DNA of 64,000 bases from Alphaproteobacteria bacterium (GTDB taxonomy: Bacteria > Pseudomonadota > Alphaproteobacteria > MPNO01). Every line of letters begins with the position of its first letter. The stretch's first letter is position 1. Shown in pieces: positions 59,173 to 64,000 of this stretch. The notes below the pieces were generated by a model, which was not told where the DNA came from, searched no databases, and worked only from the letters and a program-made list of their open reading frames with translations. A program made the position numbers and the translations under genes. Location: assembly GCA_964291675.2 (NCBI GenBank), contig OZ219865.1, positions 640,001 through 704,000 of the forward strand. The letters are read 5' to 3'.

Positions 59173-59382
59173 GAATGCCTCCTTCCAAAGTGGACCGGCC
59201 ATGCTATGGGCATCCCGGTGGCCGGTCTTTGACCGGACATGCACGAGTCTTGCATCGGGCGAACGGCAGCGGTTCGACCGGGCAATCTCGCGGCCGAATT
59301 CCGGCGACAGGGCGCCGTTCCGCGAATTGTCGCGCGTTCGTTGGGCGGCTACACTCCGGTCCACAATTCGCAGGGTCAGAAC

Positions 59383-60330
59383 ATGGCTGCGTCAGTCGAC
59401 CTTTGCTGGGACACGACGCACGTCCGCCCGGACGAACGATTCTCCTACTTCGTCGAAGGCATTTGTCGGGCCTTCACCCATCTCGACCCCGAGCTGTCCG
59501 ACCCGGAGTTGGATTTCTTCGCCCGCATCCATCATCGCGAGGCCGGTGCCTCGGCGATCACCCATCTCAGCAGCTCGAAATACATCAGCCGGCGTCTGCC
59601 TGCGGGCATCGCCCGCTGTCCGGATCACGACTTCTACCTGAACGTCGTTGCCACCGGCACGATCCAAGGGCGCCAGGCGGACCGCGAACGGACGGTTTCG
59701 CGCGGCGACATCTTCATCCTCGACAACGCCTCGCCCTTCGAGCTCGTGCTGCGCTCGAACGGGATGTTGGACACGCATGTCGTCCGTCTGCGCCGCACGC
59801 GGTGCCTGGAAGACCGCGGCGCGGCGTTGCTCGACTTCGGCCGACGGCACGCCGGGCATCGCCTGATGCCGATCCTGCGCATGAACCTGCTTCAGCTCGC
59901 CCGTACCGGAGACACGGCAAGCGATGCGGAGATCGACTATTTCGGCGCCGCCGCGGCGCGTCTCGTCGACCTGATTCTCAGCGCCGACAGCGCCGAGAGC
60001 GTACCCGCCGCCTCGGCAGAGGCATGGCGCCTGATCCGGGCGGAAATCGATCGCCACATCGCCGACCAGGACTTCACCCTCGCGGGCCTCGCGGCGGGTC
60101 TCGGCGTTTCCCCCCGCTACGTCCAGAAAGTCTGCGCCGCGCGGGACTGCACGTTCTCCGATTACCTGCGGGAACGCCGGCTGTCGCTGGCCGCGCGCCG
60201 GCTGGAGACCGGCAGGGGGCATGCGAGCATCGAAACCATCGCCCATGAAAGCGGGTTCCGGGACCTGTCGACCTTCTACCGGTCGTTCAAGCGACACTAC
60301 GGCACGACGCCCGGAAGCTACCGCCATTGA
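59383..60330 (+). CDS. AraC family transcriptional regulator (FeaR-like)
   Basis: ERFSYF, GVSPRYV, TFSDYL..RRL, IA..SGF.DLS.F.R.FK..YG.TP. Confidence 0.92.
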   Translation: MAASVDLCWDTTHVRPDERFSYFVEGICRAFTHLDPELSDPELDFFARIHHREAGASAITHLSSSKYISRRLPAGIARCPDHDFYLNVVATGTIQGRQADRERTVSRGDIFILDNASPFELVLRSNGMLDTHVVRLRRTRCLEDRGAALLDFGRRHAGHRLMPILRMNLLQLARTGDTASDAEIDYFGAAAARLVDLILSADSAESVPAASAEAWRLIRAEIDRHIADQDFTLAGLAAGLGVSPRYVQKVCAARDCTFSDYLRERRLSLAARRLETGRGHASIETIAHESGFRDLSTFYRSFKRHYGTTPGSYRH

Positions 60331-60351
60331 CCGTTCGACGCGGAACGCGCT

Positions 60352-61104
60352 CTAGCAGGTGTAGTTGAGCGCGAGCCGCCCGCCGTCGACATAGACCGTC
60401 TCGCCGGTGATGTAGCTCGCCTTGTCGCTCGCCAGGAAGGCGACCAGCTCCGCGACCTCGCCGGGCGTTCCCATGCGCTTCATCGGCGTGCGCGACATCG
60501 CGACCCGCATCGCCTCGGGGTCCTCGTTGACCGCCGCCATCATCGCCGTGTCGATCGAACCGGGGCCGACGGCGTTGACCCGGATGCCGTGCGGCGCGAG
60601 CGCCAGCGCGCTCGCCCTGGTGAGCTGCATCACGCCCCCCTTGGAGGCGCAATAGGCGGCGATCGAGGGGATCGCGACCCGGGCGTTGACCGAGGACATG
60701 TTGACGATGGACCCGGCGATCCCCGCCGCCACCATGGATTTGGCGGCGAGCTGCGTGGCGAGAAAGGTGCCGACCAGGTTCACGTCGATCACCGCGGTGA
60801 ACTGCTCCAGCGGGGTTTCCAGGAAGTCGCAGGGAATGGCGATCCCGGCGCAGTTCACCAGCACCGAGAGCGGACCGATCCCGGAGTCGATGCGCTCGAA
60901 CATGGACGCGACCCGGGCCGCATCCCCCATGTCGCACTGGATCGCCACCGCGTCGTCGCCGAGGCGCCGGGCGGCCGCCTCGACCCCGGACTCGTCGATA
61001 TCGGCGAGCAGGATGCGCGCGCCGTCCCGGGCGATCGCCGCGGCGCAGGCAAAGCCGATTCCGCGGGCACCGCCGGTGATCAGCGCAATGGGCCGGTCCG
61101 TCAT
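60352..61104 (-). CDS. short-chain dehydrogenase/reductase
   Basis: TGGARGIG, NCAG, YCASKGG, NAVGPG. Confidence 0.93.
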   Translation of the reverse strand: MTDRPIALITGGARGIGFACAAAIARDGARILLADIDESGVEAAARRLGDDAVAIQCDMGDAARVASMFERIDSGIGPLSVLVNCAGIAIPCDFLETPLEQFTAVIDVNLVGTFLATQLAAKSMVAAGIAGSIVNMSSVNARVAIPSIAAYCASKGGVMQLTRASALALAPHGIRVNAVGPGSIDTAMMAAVNEDPEAMRVAMSRTPMKRMGTPGEVAELVAFLASDKASYITGETVYVDGGRLALNYTC

Positions 61105-61116
61105 GGGAGACTCCGT

Positions 61117-62385
61117 TCAGATCGCTCTTGCCAGCTGGCTGGCGGCGAAGGCCGCCTGGTAGAAGCGCGATTTCACCGGGGCGAGGGCGTCGCGCGCCGG
61201 CTCGGTGACGGGCAGCGGCAGGTCCTCTTCCCGTCCGCCGGCCAGCAGCTCGGCCATCGCCTTGCCGAATACCGTGCCGGGCGCGATGCCGCGGCCGTTA
61301 TAGCCGATCGGCGTATAGAGCCCGTCCGCCAGGCGGTGAATCCTCGGCAAGTGCTCCGGGGTAAGCGCGATCTGGCCGTACCAGGCGGTCTCGAAGGCGA
61401 CCTCGCCCAGCGCCGGGAACAACCGCCGCAGCCGGCGCGCCGCCCAGCGCCGCGACAGGCCTTCCCCGCCGCCCATCACCCGCCCCATCGAGCCCGCGAT
61501 CAGCCGGTCGTGCGCGTCGCGCCGCAGCGAGAACATCACCGGCGCGGTGTCCCACATCCCTTGCCGCTCCGGGAGGACGGACCGGGCGCGGTCGCCGAGC
61601 GGTCGGGTCGCGACCTGGAAATAGTGGATGATCGTAAAGCTCCGCTTGAGCCCGGGCCACAGATCGTCGGTATAGGCGTTGGTACCGAGCACCACGGACC
61701 GCGCCGACACCCGGCCCCGGTCGGTCTCGACGATCCACCTCTCGCCGTCGCGGCGGAGAGCGCGCACGGCCGTGTCGGTCGAGATCCGCGCCCCGGCGGC
61801 CAGCGCCGCGCGCGCGAGCCCGCGGACATAGCCCATCGGGTTGATGGTGCCCGCGCGCCGGTCGAGCAGCCCGCCGCGATAGGCGTCGCTGCCGATCTTC
61901 TCCGCCGCCTCGGCCCGGGTGAGCAGCTCCACCGGCGCGCCGAGGCTCCGCCAGTCCTCGGCGCGCCGCGCGAGGTCGCTCAGCCCGCGCGGCGAATGGG
62001 CGGCGTGGACGGTCCCGCTCCGGGTCAGCTCGCAGCGGATCTGGTGGCGTTCGATCAGCGACATCACATAGGCGGGCGCGTCGCCCAGGACCCGCATCAG
62101 CACCGCCGCCTTCTCCTCGCCGAGGCGGGCGCGCACGTCGCGCGGCGGCAGCCAGACGCCGGCATTGACCAGCCCGACATTGCGCCCCGAGCCGCCATGG
62201 CCGATCCGCCTGGCCTCCAGCACGTGGCAGCCGAGCCCGCGCTCGGCCGCGTGCAGCGCGGTCGAGAGCCCGGTGAAGCCGCCGCCGACGATGGCGATGT
62301 CGGTCTCGACGTCGCCCTCCAGCGGCGCCGCGACATCCGCCTCGTCGGCGGTCGCGTCCCAGAGCGAGATCGCCGGCGTCGACAT
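61117..62385 (-). CDS. FAD-dependent amine/amino-acid oxidoreductase (DAO/PuuB-like)
   Basis: GGGFTGLSTA, GGSGRNVG, GTNAY, GYNGRGI. Confidence 0.9.
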   Translation of the reverse strand: MSTPAISLWDATADEADVAAPLEGDVETDIAIVGGGFTGLSTALHAAERGLGCHVLEARRIGHGGSGRNVGLVNAGVWLPPRDVRARLGEEKAAVLMRVLGDAPAYVMSLIERHQIRCELTRSGTVHAAHSPRGLSDLARRAEDWRSLGAPVELLTRAEAAEKIGSDAYRGGLLDRRAGTINPMGYVRGLARAALAAGARISTDTAVRALRRDGERWIVETDRGRVSARSVVLGTNAYTDDLWPGLKRSFTIIHYFQVATRPLGDRARSVLPERQGMWDTAPVMFSLRRDAHDRLIAGSMGRVMGGGEGLSRRWAARRLRRLFPALGEVAFETAWYGQIALTPEHLPRIHRLADGLYTPIGYNGRGIAPGTVFGKAMAELLAGGREEDLPLPVTEPARDALAPVKSRFYQAAFAASQLARAI

Positions 62386-62390
62386 GGCGC

Positions 62391-63590
62391 CTATACGTGG
62401 GAGGCGGGCGAGAACATGTTGGGCTGGTTGTTCTTCGCGATGGCGGTCTTGCGCGTCGGCGGCGGGGTGTTGCGGCTGCGCCCGATGAAGCGGGGGATGC
62501 CGGAGGTGAAGCAGGCGGCGATGGCCGGGAAGTCGCCGTTCTTGATCGAGCCCAGCGCGTCGTCCTTGGAGCAGCCGAGCGGCGCGTCGAGCACCAGCAC
62601 ATCGGCCTCCAGCCCGGGCCTGAGGAAGCCGGTGTCGAGACGGTAGATCTTGGCGACGTTGCCGGTCGCCGCCGCGATGATCATCTCGGCCGGGCAGTCG
62701 GAGAGACAGGACAGCTCGCAGACCGACTTGATCATGCCGAGCGGCATCACCCCGGTGCCGGTCGGCGTGTCGGTGGCGATCAGGAAGCGGTCGTACTGGT
62801 CGGCCTCGACCGCAAGGTTGAGGCAGAGCAGCGCGGTGCGGAAATTGCCGGCCTGGCAGATCTGCAGCGCGATCTCGGTCTCGTTGACGATGGGCGCAAA
62901 ATCCTCGTCCGGCATCGCCACCGGCCCGCCATTGACGTGGAAGGAGACGTCGGGGCGCATGTCGAGCAGGTGCTTGCCGGTGATCGCCGACGAATCGGGG
63001 ATCGACGCGCCGCCCGTGTGGCAGTTGACGATCATCCCCGCCGCCTGCGCCATATGCACATAGGGGGTGTATTCGAAGGGCGACTGGAACCTGCCGAACC
63101 CCGCCTTGGCGAGCCAGATGCCCTTGTCCGCCATCTCGTCGAAATCGGCCGCCGACAGCCCGGGCTCGAGGATCACCGCGCCGGCATGCACCCGCATGCC
63201 GCCCGGGCGGAAATTGTCAAAACACTTCTTGGCGGCGATGGCGAGCGCCTTCACCCCTTCCGGGTCGTTCGGCCGGCCGGGTACGTGCACCTCGCAGGCG
63301 GTGATCGAGGTCGTGGTGCCGCCATGCAGGTAGCTCTCCAGGAAGCCCACCGTCTTCTGCCGCGGCGTGTAGTCGCCAAAGGTGTTGTGCACCTGGGAAT
63401 CGATCATCCCCGGCATGGCGGTCATGCCGCCGGCGTCCAGCACCACGTCGCAGGCCTCGATCCGGGCGGCGTCGACGCTGCCGACCTCCTTGATGAGGCC
63501 GTCTTCCATCAGGATCGAATCGCCGGGCGCGATGGGGGCCCGCCAGTCGCCGGTGACGATGGTGGCAAGGTTGACGATTGCGGTCTTCAT
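62391..63590 (-). CDS. amidohydrolase (enamidase-like)
   Basis: PGMIDSQVH...GDYTPRQ, HTGGASIP, HVNGGP, TDTPTGTGV.PLG, GRSRNTPP. Confidence 0.82.
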   Translation of the reverse strand: MKTAIVNLATIVTGDWRAPIAPGDSILMEDGLIKEVGSVDAARIEACDVVLDAGGMTAMPGMIDSQVHNTFGDYTPRQKTVGFLESYLHGGTTTSITACEVHVPGRPNDPEGVKALAIAAKKCFDNFRPGGMRVHAGAVILEPGLSAADFDEMADKGIWLAKAGFGRFQSPFEYTPYVHMAQAAGMIVNCHTGGASIPDSSAITGKHLLDMRPDVSFHVNGGPVAMPDEDFAPIVNETEIALQICQAGNFRTALLCLNLAVEADQYDRFLIATDTPTGTGVMPLGMIKSVCELSCLSDCPAEMIIAAATGNVAKIYRLDTGFLRPGLEADVLVLDAPLGCSKDDALGSIKNGDFPAIAACFTSGIPRFIGRSRNTPPPTRKTAIAKNNQPNMFSPASHV

Positions 63591-63616
63591 GTGCTCCTCC
63601 CGATGCGGCCGGCGGT

Positions 63617-64000
63617 TCAGACCAGCCCGTCCTCGCCCCTGGCGTCTTCCTTGCGGAGCCCGCCGACGCGATGGTTGAGCCGGCCGCGATTGGCGATGCA
63701 GCAGATCACCGCGATCTCGTCGGGCAGCGGCGCGTCGGGCACCATGACGCTCATCCCGTCGTAATGCGAGCGCACATAGAGCGCGTCCTTGTGGGCCAGC
63801 GGGATGTCGATCGCCTCGCCGGGACGGGCCCGCTTGGTGAAGGACGAGATCCAGGCCTGGCCGCCGCCCACCGCGTCGCGCATCGCGTTGCCGTAGACCG
63901 TGGTCAGCATCGCCACCCCGTGCTCCTGCTCGCCGGCCGAGCCGATCAGCGCCGCCTTGCCGTAGGAATCGGGCGCATACGGGCCAAGCGCCTCGACGGC
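63617..64000 (-). CDS. amino acid synthesis family protein (DUF1185/AA_synth-like), partial
   Basis: SYGKAALIG..GEQEHG, IDIPLAHKD..YVRSHYD, DAP.PDEI; 5' end lies beyond the window. Confidence 0.8.
   Translation of the reverse strand, partial: AVEALGPYAPDSYGKAALIGSAGEQEHGVAMLTTVYGNAMRDAVGGGQAWISSFTKRARPGEAIDIPLAHKDALYVRSHYDGMSVMVPDAPLPDEIAVICCIANRGRLNHRVGGLRKEDARGEDGLV

Overview
High-GC alphaproteobacterial (Rhodospirillales-like) chromosomal window, mostly core and catabolic genes. It holds a CoA-dependent beta-oxidation/ring-cleavage cluster (1-5.6 kb), transporters, the aa3 cytochrome c oxidase operon (ctaC-D-B-G-E, SURF1), tldD, gshA, rsmE, ubiA, mobA/fdhD, sseA-metC-hisI-COG0523, a TRAP binding protein, tRNA-Arg(TCT), tRNA-Pro(TGG), a complete Rrf2-sufBCDSUTA operon, a benzoate/anthranilate-type Rieske dioxygenase cluster and an enamidase-like cluster. 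The standout is a 7,421-bp integrated element (39171-46600) bounded by a 9-bp direct repeat (TCAGACGTG) that is the last three codons of sufA. It has inverted tandem TGTACCC arm-like repeats at both ends. It encodes an intact P4-type integrase, an HTH-like regulator, an HK97-fold major capsid protein, a prohead protease and a divergent portal in the capsid-protease-portal order of capsid-forming satellites, but no recognisable terminase, tail or primase. Its excision would place the paaY/caiE-like start codon directly after the sufA stop. A second oddity is a 260-bp duplication of the dctP 3' end that brackets a single small DUF1640-like gene. All calls come from motif recognition by eye; no database searches were run.
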